39,984 bases of DNA. Origin: Perkinsus olseni (Eukaryota). The stretch covers positions 1-39,984 of the forward strand of contig JABANN010000317.1 of NCBI GenBank assembly GCA_013115125.1, given 5' to 3'. Under the pieces are notes generated by a model, which saw only the letters and a program-made list of their open reading frames with translations, ran no database searches and had not been told where the DNA came from. Positions 11,085-23,344 of this stretch are shown here, one piece after another; the first letter of the stretch is position 1; the number at the start of each line of letters is the position of its first letter. The position numbers were made by a program, and so were the translations under genes.

Positions 11085-12571
11085 GGCACGCTGTGGGACG
11101 CCTCGGCCTCCTCCTATGCGAGGCAGCCGGAACCTCGGGGAAGCTCCTGGGAGCATTCGGTGCGGCAGGAAGTGTTAAATAAAAGTTGTTGGTGACCACG
11201 TTGCGATCGTCACAATTGCACACTGATGGAGTTGGCGAGCATTGGCCTGAGGAGGTCGAAGGTAAGAGAGCAGGCAGGAATGAGCTAGTTTACATATGTC
11301 GTTAGAAAAGCTTGTCGTGGAGGCGTGATTAAAGGGTGGTAGTGTCTGCGCTGGACGGGAAGTGAAGCTAACAGAGGGGCCGCCGAAGTTTGTCTCGCCT
11401 ACCGCGGTCGAGGGCGCCTAAGATATTAATAGGTTCTCCGGAGAGGACATTCGGCGGCAGCTGAAGACAGCCTATACGACCTGATCGGCAGGCGAGTCTC
11501 TCTGGCCGACGTAAGAGATGAAGAAGTTGTTCACGACGTGACAGGGTCCCCATGGGGCTGGAATAACGACGGCCAGGGATGGTTGGGGGTTACGAGTAAC
11601 TGTGGAACAGATATCAATCACGGACCGCTTAGAAATCCCATTGTAGTGCTACCCTGCAATGCCGTACTGCTCGATGCCGGCTGCAACAAGGCGTTCACTG
11701 AGCCGGTCACATCACCGTGAGCCACATCTTCCTGATGACGATGGTTGTGGTGACGAGGGCTCGGCTGAGCATTGAACGTCGTAGGAAACTCGACAATACG
11801 TGGTGTCATACCCTTGATGAGGGCCTCCTTGCGTTCTGACGATGAGCCCTGCCATCAGGAGGCAGTCTGCCTTCACCCTCTACCGCTCGCCGAGATGCCG
11901 ATGCACCAGCTTCGTAAGAAGGGCGTCTCGGCGAGGACCTTTCGGGCACTTCTGCACGAGAGCCGATCGGAGAAATACTCCCGGACTCAACAGTCTTGGC
12001 ATCTGAGCCAACGTCGATCCCCTACGAGCCGACGGAAAGCGACCCACCATTTCTGATATTCATAGGAGGCCTTATACAGCCAGAACTTTCGAGGACGTTC
12101 CCGTCGCCGGCCACGTCGAAGGATGCACAGCCCGTGTCAGCTCTTGAAGAGGTAACAGCTGTCGAAGATACGGCAGGGCTCGGAGTATCAAGGTGACCGC
12201 CGGGGCGGAATGGCAACTCAGAGAACCGAAACGGCGGTCGAAAAAGTGGATCCAGAGCCTGAACCAGTGTGATGCTCAGACAGAAAGAGATTGAAGCCAC
12301 TTACCCCGGTGAGAACACCTCCCAGCTCAGACTTCATATCGGAGGCTTCCTCGAAACCCACAGGCGTCGGCTCTTCGGGCATACTGTCGCCGATCTGAAA
12401 AAGGTCCGAAAACAGGAGAGCTTCTAAGTTCGTCTAAATAGAAAACTTAACGCGCGAGTCAACAACAAGGATATCGTTACCGGGCCAAAATCTTCAACGA
12501 TCCGTGCAGTATCTTGCCCGTCGCTGGCAGGCGGCACAGCTACCCCTGTGGCTTTAAACATTGAGTCCATG
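11085..12571 (-). CDS. Multi-exon low-complexity hypothetical gene, possibly an RRM-less member of the Mei2-like array
   Basis: ATG at ~12571 (MDSMFKATG...). Exons are bounded by GT/AG (e.g. IGDSMPEEPTPVGFEEASDMKSELGGVLTG). The segment TNNFYLTLPAAPNAP resembles CNNFYISVVEPNAP in the N-terminus of Mei2-like copy 4. No RRM was seen. Confidence 0.4.
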
Positions 12572-13439
12572 TGAGAAAGTATGCAACGCTCAAGAGAACA
12601 AGTTATCGCATAATAGCTCAGTCTTCAAAGCCACCCAAATCGAAGGCATGTGAGCAGCACGGAGGTTCCCCATCACGGTGATCGCAGGGGACGCATGAAC
12701 CAGAAAGGTCTCCCCTGAACACCACGCCACAGGGGGAGGAGATGACCAACCAGCAATCGTCACATATAATCGGTCAGAGCGCTGGCTTCGATGTATCACT
12801 CATTAAAGATAAAAATAAGTCATAGATTATCATCATGTCAATGGGTCGATTAGATACCACACGAGCGAGGCTCACTCAGTCGGCCAATGCACATGTCGAT
12901 GCATAACAATTCTTAGAGATCCCAAAGATGTACTCCGAATAGATATCACGCCGCTACGGAATAGGTGAGTATCATCACTAGCTACCGAGAGGCAGCTGTG
13001 GAACACCTCAACTACACTTTCTAAGCTAGACTACCCTAATACTATCACTATCGATCTAGACCACTACTCCATGCCACTGCCACGGAATTGCTCTCAGATG
13101 GAGTCACTGAGGAAACAGTCCGTCCGAGAAGCAATGAAGTGGCGAACTGCGTGAGGAGTTATGGTACAAAGTGCTAGAAGGAAGTGAGCTGAGCAATGGT
13201 GTAGACAGGAAACAAGGGCTAAGGTTGACGCGTCTTGAGGACGGCTGGCTCCTTTGGAACCTCTTCGCGACCAGAGAATATCTCCGCCCGCAGTGGAGCA
13301 GCCACCTGCCGAAACGACGTTACCATAACTGGAGCAAATACGATGTTCAAAGCAATCCACGGGTGATAAGGCAGAAGACTCGCTGCACACTCACCTCAAA
13401 AAATAATTTTCTGCTATCACGACGCAGGAACGCCACCGA

Positions 13440-14825
13440 TTAGCCTGAAAGGGAAGTGATGGTCCCTGAAGAGCCTGTAAGAGTCTGCCTACCACGTTGA
13501 TGGGGCGAACGCCTCCATACCAATCGAAGCGACCTTCTCTCGAACGAATGCGCTAGCGGTGACACGCTGCCGGTTACGGGTGGCATAGTCCTGAGGGCAT
13601 CACGCTTGCCCGGCTCTCGAGACGCAAGGTGACGATCATCGGCGTCGGCTGGACTCACATTCATATGCTCGCGAAGCACCGCTGGTTCGAGGCCATATTG
13701 GCTCTCAGTACAACCATGCAGACCTCCAGGGCGAGCGAACTTCACCGGCCTCCCGTTGACCAAAAAAATAGGTCTCAACCTGCGTGCACCATCAATTGTC
13801 CATTTTCGACACAGGCGAGCAGCGAAGGAGCCTCACGACGTACTCTGGGTTGTCTTCAGTGGACACAACCTTCTTGCTGTAGTGACTCAAGTTCTGATAG
13901 AAACCCTGTATAGCAGCAGGGACGACTTCAACAACCTTCCTCGATCCAAATCTGCCCAACACTCGCCCCTACGCGAAACGCATAACCGTACAAGTTGGTG
14001 AAGCCATCCACTCACCGCGAAGAAATCGAAGAACTCAGAAGCATCCTCGGCCGTTGTGAAGTTGATAAAGCAGTAACCAGCGTTGGCCATGGATACTCGA
14101 TCTGATACGCGAAAGCTTCCCAGAAAGGCCAGGAGCTCATACTCACCGATGGGCAAGTAGAAGAAGTCAAACTTCCCCTCGAAGCCAGCAAATGATATCT
14201 CCTTCATGAGCTCCCCTTGCGTATATCGATTCGGGACATTCCTTAGCACGGACCTCATTCAGTCTCCATACAGTCGTGACAGTGACTCACCTCACCATCC
14301 AAGTGGTCACTCCGCCTCGAGGAGTAGGCCCAATCTCAGCCGCCACAGGAGTCTAACAAGCATTGCGAATCAGTCGGCCACACGCACTCTATAGCGGCAA
14401 TTGAAGAGCTCATAAGTCACCTGCTGACGCCTCGGTTGGTCCAACTCCGAATACCACGATGATCTTCTAGGTCTGTTCGGGCGCCTCCGGGATGGAACTG
14501 CGACCGAGCTCCACTCAGCGGACACAGAAGCCCCACCGTTTTGCTTCTGTCGCGGAGGATGATTCTTGTGACGAGCGCAGCCGCCCCAGTCACGAGCCGG
14601 AGTGCCGAAGCTCCTCTCCGGCAGCCTCTCGCATCCGGACATCTTTAAGGACACCTAGCAATGGACACAGAGGGAAACAGGTGGTGAGACACCTCCTACA
14701 TCAACAAGCATCCGATTTATAAGAGCTTCAAGCTCGGTCGGGTCAGGCACATGTGCAGGTGGCAGCTGCAAAGGCTGCTGCTGTAGTGAGAAGTCCAACG
14801 GCGCCGCCGCATCGAAATCCGCCAT
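13440..14825 (-). CDS. Mei2-like RRM (C-terminal RRM3/RRM_2 type) RNA-binding protein, copy 1
   Basis: RNVPNRYTQGELMKEISFAGFEGKFDFFYLPI / NAGYCFINFTTAEDASEFFDFF ... LSHYSKK ... RPIFLVNG. Probable start MADFDAAAP at 14825. Confidence 0.85.
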
Positions 14826-15855
14826 GACAGGACTCGCACATGAGGAAGAGGCCGTTGAGCTCTCCGAACCATCGCGTAACTGAGAGGAAGAAGGATAGCG
14901 TGAGGTCGTCGTCTGTGATACTATACCAGGCAGTCCACCCAGGGAAGACGCATCTCAGAGCTGGGGAGCTCGGCGGGCGGGAAAGAAGACGGGGACATGT
15001 TGATCCCGAGATATCAAATGAACGGCGTGACAATCCTCATCTTGTCCCAACAGCAGAAGGCCAGCAGGATTGGGAGACGTAACACAAGTATGAGCTCACG
15101 GGAGAAAGGCATGTAGCCAGCGGCAACAGCCACCATCAGAGTCAGAGGTCACAGATAGATGATCAATCAGAACCAGGGATATATCGCGCGATGACGTTGA
15201 ACGAGACAAGCTGATTGCGACGTGCCCACCAGCCAAAGACACTTCGCACGAATTATCTTTCAGAACAGTGTGAAGCAAGCATCTCCCGGAACCACCGGGA
15301 GCACTCCTGCTTGGTTGTGAGTGGATAATAGCCAGCAGCAGCAGCGCCGCAGCCACTAAGGAAAACTACTGCGCTGCACATGGTGCTGTGACAACACTCA
15401 GATACCAAAACAAATGCTCAGGATTTCTATAATAGCCTGCTTTAATGGCAGTGGGGGGTCAATAACGGAGAAGTCTGATGATGATGGTAATGATGTTCAC
15501 TACGACCATGTTCGCAACATAAGGATAATCGACCGAAACTCCGAGCAACAGCAGCGCACGCGTCTAAGCAGTGCAATCATAGTGAGAAGATTCGGCATCA
15601 TGCCTGGAAGTAGTAGTAGGAGGAGAAGGAGAAGCTAACTGCAACGTAGGCAGAACCGTTGACGGCGGATAGGGAAAAGTCTACTCGAATGCACTAGCCT
15701 GACAACGCAGAGGAGATCGATCAGCAATCCACAGCAGCTTGTTGCTCACCATAGTATGATACTTATCCAAATACATAATCTACATATCAGGGATCGGGGC
15801 GGGGATCCCATCGACTGAGATGAAAAGTTTCTTCGACCTAACATACCGCTTCACG

Positions 15856-17900
15856 TCACATGTCACCTATGGTCAAGCGGGGGTGATTGTCCAGGAGTAT
15901 TGGGAAATCAGGAGAAGGGATGGGCGAAGAAATGGGGGCGGCGATCGGCGAACTTTCCAAGACTTGATCAGGGCCTTCCATCCAGCAAAGGCCCCCAGGA
16001 CCACCATCAAACACATAGGGATCGTAAGATGCTTCCAACATCTTTCCTTCGCCCCCACTGCACAGACACGTTAATCGGCTTCGACTAGGGCAAGCACGAG
16101 CTTACGTCTTATCTACTCCAGCGAGCTTGCAAGCGTTTCTGAGTATAGCCTCGATGTCCTGGGCAAGGTGGGTGTGAGTATCCTCCTCTATCTTCTTCCC
16201 GGGGCAGGCTGAACGCTGTCTGGATCTAGCCAGGGTGTTACATAGAGTAATGTACCACTCCTCCCCCAACTTACGATTGTTTTCCCATTTCACGAGATTG
16301 CCGCAATGGAACACGAGAGAAAGAGAGTCGATACCCGTCAACAAGGAAAAGCGGGCGGAACCTGAAACAGTTCGCCTTGACAAAACAGCATACCTCTGGC
16401 AGATGGCCGTCCTCGTCGTGGTCGGCCGTGACCGCCGCGTAGAGGACCTCACTCTTCCTCTGAGTCACTGGAAACGGCCTTCTTGCTATAGTGCAACAGA
16501 TTGGCATCGAAGCCTTGCAGCTTAGCAGGAACAATTTCTATGATTTTCCTCGACGTTGACATTTTCAACTGCTTGCCCTGAAGGATCCACCCTTCGCTCA
16601 TTCAGCGTCCCTCACGCCCAGCCCTACGCTGAAAACATGCGTGAACAGTGATGCCACCGCCGGGGTTGTGAAGTTGATGAAGCAGTAGCCAAAGATGGCT
16701 CGAGTGCTATGGTCTGAAAAAACAACATAACTCAGCCAACATGAACAGGCGGAAGTGTACCCATCGGGAGGTAGAAGTCGAATGTCCCGCCAAAGCCAGT
16801 CGCAGTGACCTCCTCAATAAGCTCAGACTGACTGTAGCGGTTTGGAATGTGCCTGAGGAGGGTAAAGACAACGAGACGCCCCAAAAATAACAACAAGATG
16901 ATGATCATCTCACCTCATCATCAACGTCGTGACCTCCTTCTGAGCACAGACTTGCGGTGAATGCCCCAACGAAGGGTTCCCGTAATCCTGCGAAAAATAT
17001 AGTGATGAAGCATCCAGAAAACGCTGCCCTTCTCTGGGTCGAGATGCAACATCGCGCAACGGCAGCAAAGCAAGCACCATATCCGGCTTCCTTCCATCTG
17101 GTGAGGGTCGCGGCTTCTTCGACTGGAGACGCAACTTGCTCATCGGACCAGCCCCGGCATGGTCATGCAAAGCGGTTGGGCCCTGGGAGTGCGCTCCGCG
17201 ATTGTGAATGAGCTTCGCATGCGCTCTGGCGCGTTGATCGATCTGTTCACAGGTACATAGCGCACCAGGGGCTACGTTAGCCAACAGACCTCGCCCCGCA
17301 GTTGAAGAAGCACAGCAAGTAACGGCATTGACGCGGAACATCCTCACCACTGTGCGCTCTCCTCGAACTCACCGATCTCCCTCTAGCAGAGATAGGTCGG
17401 GTTCGAGTAGACCTTGAAAGAAGAAGACGGGTAACGCTGGTTCCCGGCTCAGAAGCGTGGAACCCGCATTACTCCAGTAAAGGCCTGCAAGAGCAGACGT
17501 TGCTCGGTGGTGGTGGTGGTGGTGGTGGCGAGGGTTGCACCATCCCAGCATGAGCGTCACAAGGACGCCTCGCAGGCATCACATTGGCCACCTGCCATTC
17601 AACGCGAAACCGTGGCCCCTAACCGCTCCAGTAGGGATCACCAAAGACTGCAGCACACGAAGGGAGGAGTAGATGTCCTGGAGGTCAACCTGAGGACGTG
17701 AGAGTAGGAAACAGCATATGCGCTATGCAACTGGAAGAAGGCCTCTCCTTAAAACAAGTAGCAATGACGGAGATGCGATGTACACGATAAGAGACCCACC
17801 CAGAACTCACACGTCCGCAGGTGCCGCATATGGATGGTAGCTGCGTGAGGGCGGGGCCTTCGCTGGCGCCGTCAAGATAGTGTTCAGCGGTAGAAGACAT
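15856..17900 (-). CDS. Mei2-like RRM RNA-binding protein, copy 2
   Basis: Spliced TTLMMR|HIPNRYSQSELIEEVTATGFGGTFDFYLPM|DHSTRAIFGYCFINFTT...|GKQLKMSTSRKIIEIVPAKLQGFDANLLHYSKKAV|FRPLFLVDG. Two more in-frame exons can be spliced to a stop at 15856. Probable start MSSTAEH at 17900. Confidence 0.85.
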
Positions 17901-18610
17901 TAAGACACACAGGGGACGTATCTATCTACCTCCCGGCGACGGGGAAAGCCTCTCTCTTGCACTGATCACGAACGAGATCTTACGAAGTCGAAGGCGTGAA
18001 CCATCGAGACCCTCGTCGACTCGGGTAGTAAAAGACAACTCTGGGACTTTTATATCAACAATACACTACGTGTGGACGGGAGCATAGTGTGGAAAAATCA
18101 GGTAGGGCAGGGAGAAACCTGGGAATCGACTCCTGCAGACGATCCTAAATGATGAGCTCTGCTAAGACCACGGTTCGCAGCAGATTTGGAAGATTCGAAG
18201 CGAGATGACCACCGAGAGTAGAGATTCGGAGTAACCCGTGCAGTAGGGCGAAAAAAGAGAGGGGAAGAATCGGAAAATGAATGGAGAAAAAGTAATAGAA
18301 TTCTGATTGATCCAGCGGTGCGATGGGGCAATAGGTCCATGCCAACAAGACGATGAGCTGAGGACAGCAGCGGTAGCAGCAGCAGCAGCTCGAGTCTCAA
18401 GGCGAAGACCTGAGATGAACCCTACACGAGAACAAGTAGGGGGGAAGGTGGAGAGTACACGAGCCAAAAGGAGCCGTATTCAAGAGAAAAGGAAGCATCA
18501 CTGGCTCGTCGTGTAAGAAGTCATTGGCCTGAAAATCAGAACCAATTCCGTCATCACCTTGACTTGAGCGCGTCTGACCTCTAGAGACACTCCCGTGTAG
18601 GGCTATATTA

Positions 18611-20480
18611 TCATAGACACTCGTCTGGCCTCAGCGGCTGGCCGTTTACGAAGAACACCGGCTGGTACCTGATCTCACCTTGCCAGGTTCAGGAGTAGTA
18701 GTTTGAGAAGTGCCCACTCGATGTCCAGGTCACTGAAAGCCTCATTGCCGTAGTAATGGCGAAGATTGTCCTCAAAGCCTTGCAGCACAGCAGGCAGGAC
18801 TTCGGTCTTCCACCGCGACGACAGTTGTAGCGCACGCCTTCCCTGCAAGGGACCCCAAACGGTGACACAACTCCAGGAGAATTCGAGAAGAGCTCACATC
18901 GAAAGCTGCAGCGAACAACTTCATCGTGACGAAGTCTCGAAGATTCAGGAAGCAATAGCCAAAATTGCATCTCCTTTTGCGGTCTGAGCAGCAGGCGTCA
19001 CCAGGATTGACACTCGCACTCTTCGTGACTTACCAAATGGCAGATAAAAAAAGTCATACTTCCCATCGAAGCCGGCCTCCTCAATCTCCCTCATCAAGCC
19101 GCTTGGTGTATATTCATTTGGGATATTTCTGATCACAACCACGGTGCACATAGAAAAACTGCCAGAGCGAGGCCGATCGTCAGCAGCCCGTCTAGAGCTG
19201 GGCAACCGTACTGGGGTCGAGGAAAGTACGGTACGGAATACGTTTCAAACTGCCAACCTAGTACGGGTACCGAGAACTAGTACGTATTAAGTATATTGAA
19301 CAACGTATACGTGTATTACGCCGTACTTCAAGTACGGCCTACTAGTACGGTACTGGGGAACCGCTGCGACGGGCAGTACGGTTACGGAGCCGTACTCGTA
19401 CCAGTATTGTACTTCGTACTAGACCGTACCCGTACTGTCGCCCACCTCTGAGCCCGTCAAAGCTCCAATGAGCAAGAGGTCGTGTCAACCCACTGCCGCA
19501 ATCAAGTACCTCATGATGATGGTGGTGATCTCCGGCATGATGCCCGTAGCTTGTTGATAGTCTGCGGCACCACAGACCTCACAGGCCCGGCCCTCCTCCT
19601 GGCGACCGCCATCGACGAGAGCACACGAAGAGTTAAGCTCCGACGGACCGCAGGAAGTCATCGACGCATCATCAGCATCGTCGGCATCTGTGGCGAAGGG
19701 GGTTACTTTCCAGGCAAGCGTCTAGCGAGAACACCCTACTGCCGTTGCCCTGTTGAGAAGAGTCCACCACGAAGCGTCTGCCTGAACTCGATGAGCTGGG
19801 AACCGGCACGTTAACAAGATACGCCGCAGTGCCTGCGGAAATCCAAACTTCACTACTCCTCGTCATCCGGCACGACTCACCATACGCTGTACTCTTCTGC
19901 TCGACGCCATCAGCATGCCCTGCAGAGTTCTGAGCGAGACGACAGTTCTGTACCTCAAAACGTCGGCTGTATACCAACCTGATTCGGAATCGTTATCCAA
20001 CTTCCAGACCATGACATTCCATCAACGGGCTCTCGTCCTTGATCGGTCACTCCGCCGCCGCCTCCGCACGGCTGCCCTCTAGCGTTCGGCGACCAGGCCG
20101 AGAAGCGGTAGTCACCGAGAGAAGGAATTCGAATAGTAGCACCACCATCAGGCATGACATACACTTGGGCGGGCACAACGTACGGTAAGGCTACGCCTGA
20201 ACCACTTGCGATGAACTCAAATCAATCAGGGCTTACCTCCGGAACCGCCTGGAGCAGCATTCCCTTGAGCCGTACGATCCCGACTCGACATCCCGCCCCC
20301 TACACAACTTCCACTGAAGCCTGACGACAAGCAAGCTAGAAAGGGTCACCACTGCCGGGAGAGCCCTCACGCTCAGCCTGGCCCTTCAGACGGTCTCTGG
20401 AGCAACGGGAACCACCCCGATAGGGTCGGTCATCGATTCTCACAATAGCTCGATTACTTGGAGGAGGAAGCATCGGCGAA
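18611..20480 (-). CDS. Mei2-like RRM RNA-binding protein, copy 3 (start uncertain)
   Basis: EITTIIMR|NIPNEYTPSGLMREIEEAGFDGKYDFFYLPF|DRKRRCNFGYCFLNLRD...|AVLQGFEDNLRHY|YQPVFFVNGQPLRPDECL*. Intron positions are the same as in copies 2 and 4. Confidence 0.85.
19193..19450. mobile_element. hAT-type MITE (258 bp) within an intron of Mei2-like copy 3
   Basis: Imperfect 19-bp TIRs TAGAGCTGGGCAACCGTAC and GTACTGTCGCCCACCTCTG. 8-bp TSD AGCCCGTC at 19185-19192 and 19451-19458. Dense CGTAC/GTACG motifs inside. The element lies in intron 19129-19509. Confidence 0.92.
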
Positions 20481-21273
20481 ACCGCTAACACCGACACCGT
20501 TGGACTGCTACCGTGCACAGCTCCTTTTCTGATGCGCAACCCTATGATGCGAAGAAAAAATAATAATTTTTTGGTCGAATCGGGGAACTGGAATCAGTCG
20601 TCCAGCAGCGCAACAGAAAATTACCCCAAGAGGGTGGTGGTGGTTGTTGTTGTTGTCATTAGCATGACTTTAGCTACTGTCAACTACTGGTCAAGATAAT
20701 AACTATAATGGGTTTCTACAACCTCTAGCTACCGATGGAAAAACACGCGATCTGCGTCGAAGAGCAGCGATGATTCCACCGAGAATCACCGTAAAAGAAC
20801 AGGGGGGACAGAAAAAGAAGCAGCACAGACGGCGGCGGCACTCCCACAATGGTCATCACCGGAGTTCAGAAGTCTCGGACATGATGCTAGTCCCGAAGAG
20901 CAGGTGATGGAAAATAGCAGGTCTCAATAGCAAGTGCAGTAATGACGGCTTTGACCTCGGATTGGTCGTCTAGAGGCGAAGAAGGAAGAGCAGGGGAAAA
21001 AGGCGTGTGTAGCTCCAGTGAGCAGAACTTATTACAAGTCACTGGAGAACGAGGAAGACATATTAACGGCCTGGCGCGGCCCATAGTCACTCTTAGTCCG
21101 TCGATGGCCGGACTTGAAGTGGTCATGGTGATGATTATAATCGGAGGAACGTAACAGCCAAGTTGATGACGCTTTCGATATTGCGTAAACAGCTGACCGC
21201 CTTGGATCCCGCTCAGAGGCTTTCCTGATCGAACAAGTTGAATGGAGCATCACCGGAGCCATCAACGTCTCCA

Positions 21274-23166
21274 TCACCAGCCATCACTATCATCTCCAGC
21301 ACGGGTCTCCTCAGAACTTGAGTCGCCAGTCAGGCCAAGGGTACTCCGGTGGACGTTTTGCCGACCGGAATCATAAGCAGTCGTTACAGCGCGGCTCTCG
21401 CTATTACGTACGAACTCGACCGCGGTACCGTTGAGCCAGAACAGAGGGCGGAATCTGCCATAGGAACCCTTCTAGAAGACAAGCAGGGCCAGCCACTGCC
21501 TACTGCGTCTCGACATCAGCGCAGACGGCTTTGCGAGAGTAGTGTCTCAGGTTAGTTTCGAAGCCCTGTATCGTGGCGGGGACTATGGCTACGATCTTAT
21601 TAGAGGTGAACCTTCTCAGAGGCTTGCCCTGAGGAAAGCACAACAGATGACAAACTGGAGCCTCCGAGGCACTCATCATCAACAGCTGCACTGTCAGTTC
21701 ATAACACTGTAGGAAAGAGAGTCGTTATCGCAACCCTGGAGCGCGAACTCACATCAAAGGCTTTGAAGAAGCTAGAGGCAAGTTGAGGGCTGAGCATGTT
21801 GATGAAACAGTAGCCGTAGTTGGCTCTCGTCTCATGATCTGAGATCAGGCCGCCGTACCCAGCACAGTGTTCTCTTAGTGCCCATCATGACCGCACCCAT
21901 CGGCAGATAGAAGAAGTCAAAAGTGTCGGCAAACCCAGCGGTCCTGATGTCGTTGAGCAGCTCTTCCTGTACATACCGGTTGGGAATATTCCTGACACCA
22001 TCAGTACCACATTTCCGCTATATCAGAGGCCGCTACCTCATCATCAGCGTCGTTGTTGGCCTAAGGCACCGCTCTGGCAAGCCGCATATGCACGGCGGTG
22101 GCGCATGATGTCGAGAAGGCGGCCGATCCACCGATTGGTGAACCGGCGACGGTAGGACGCCACTTGGGTGCTTCAATAAAAACACGGATTTAGGCCAGAG
22201 ACTACGACTGTGCTAGAAGCTCTCCGGCAGCAAGCAACACTCCCCTACCCTGTGGTCATGGCCCGTAGGTGATACGCTTCCACAAGTACCGTGATGAGAG
22301 TTCACTGGGTGGCTCACTGGTTGCAGCACAGGAGGCGATCCCAGCGGTGCGTTAGGCTCAACAACGCTTATATAGAAGTTGTTACACATGGTGGACGGAG
22401 GGTCTGAATGAGGCAGTGCCATCGAATCGAAGTTGTGATTCCGCCCACCTTGCTGCGGTACGAGCCCGTATGGCTGCGGTGGAGGCGAACCAGCGGTCCA
22501 TCGATATTGAGGATAGCCTTGCTGTGGATGACGGCCTGAAGGCAGATCCTCATCTCGGTAGCTCGGAACTGAACACCCTACCCGATGCAGCACAATAAAA
22601 AAGATTGCCGCTGGCTTCTCCTCCGGCCTGGTGGCTCGTCATGCTGTACTGAGGAGGCGGGACGGCACCTCGACCGCGAGCAGTCGACGGCGCAGAACCG
22701 GTAATCACAACTTCTAACCATACCCGCATACTGGAAGCCTGACGCCGTACTGTAGGGCATGGCAGCTTGGCGTCCGACATCACCGCCAGAAGCGACGTGA
22801 GTCTGAACTTGGCACTCCATGTTCTACTAAGGGTTCTCAGCCTCACCGCGGCGTGGTGGTATAGGTCACGCGGAAGGTGATGACCACGGGGCAAGTAACG
22901 GGGCTGCACTGAAGACGTCGGCGAAGGGCCGTGGGGCCTCAGCCCCGCTCGGAGCCTGTTCTTATCGGCTCGATCACAGAGGTAGCGGAAAGCCTCGTGT
23001 CGTGCCCTGCAGACGTCCCGGGCGGTGATGTCATGGTTGCCGTTGTGACGTGCCTGATAGTCCAACCACGGCTTGGCACCCGGCAGGGGACATGACATAC
23101 TCCCGGCGGACTGGGAAGCAAAGAGCTTCTCGAAGTGTCTCGGACGACGGTCCCCCTCTGGTCCAT
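21274..23166 (-). CDS. Mei2-like RRM RNA-binding protein, copy 4
   Basis: PTTTLMMR|NIPNRYVQEELLNDIRTAGFADTFDFFYLPM|DHETRANYGYCFINMLSPQLASSFFKAFD|GKPLRRFTSNKIVAIVPATIQGFETNLRHYSRKAV|FRPLFWLNG...DDSDGW*. Start approximate. Confidence 0.87.
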
Positions 23167-23344
23167 AGAATCCTCTAGGGCACAAACTGCATAGGGGAGG
23201 GATGATGAGCATCATCCCAAGGTCCTGTCAAGGTCAAGCCAGTTCCCGCCAAAGCCTCAAGGCCTGGCAAGGGTCATCAAGACAGCTGCCACTCGATTGA
23301 CATTCTACAAACTCAACACCGAACGCAATAAACTTGAGCCCGGG

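Noticed and set aside
15873..16058. ORF with a transmembrane-like segment, suggesting a membrane-anchored Mei2
   Set aside because: Following the GT-AG junctions puts the last exon of copy 2 in the other frame (MLEASYDP...), which is not hydrophobic.
17506..17528. (GGT)n and similar short (GTT)n runs at ~10892 and ~20633
   Set aside because: These are ordinary short microsatellites or low-complexity coding runs.
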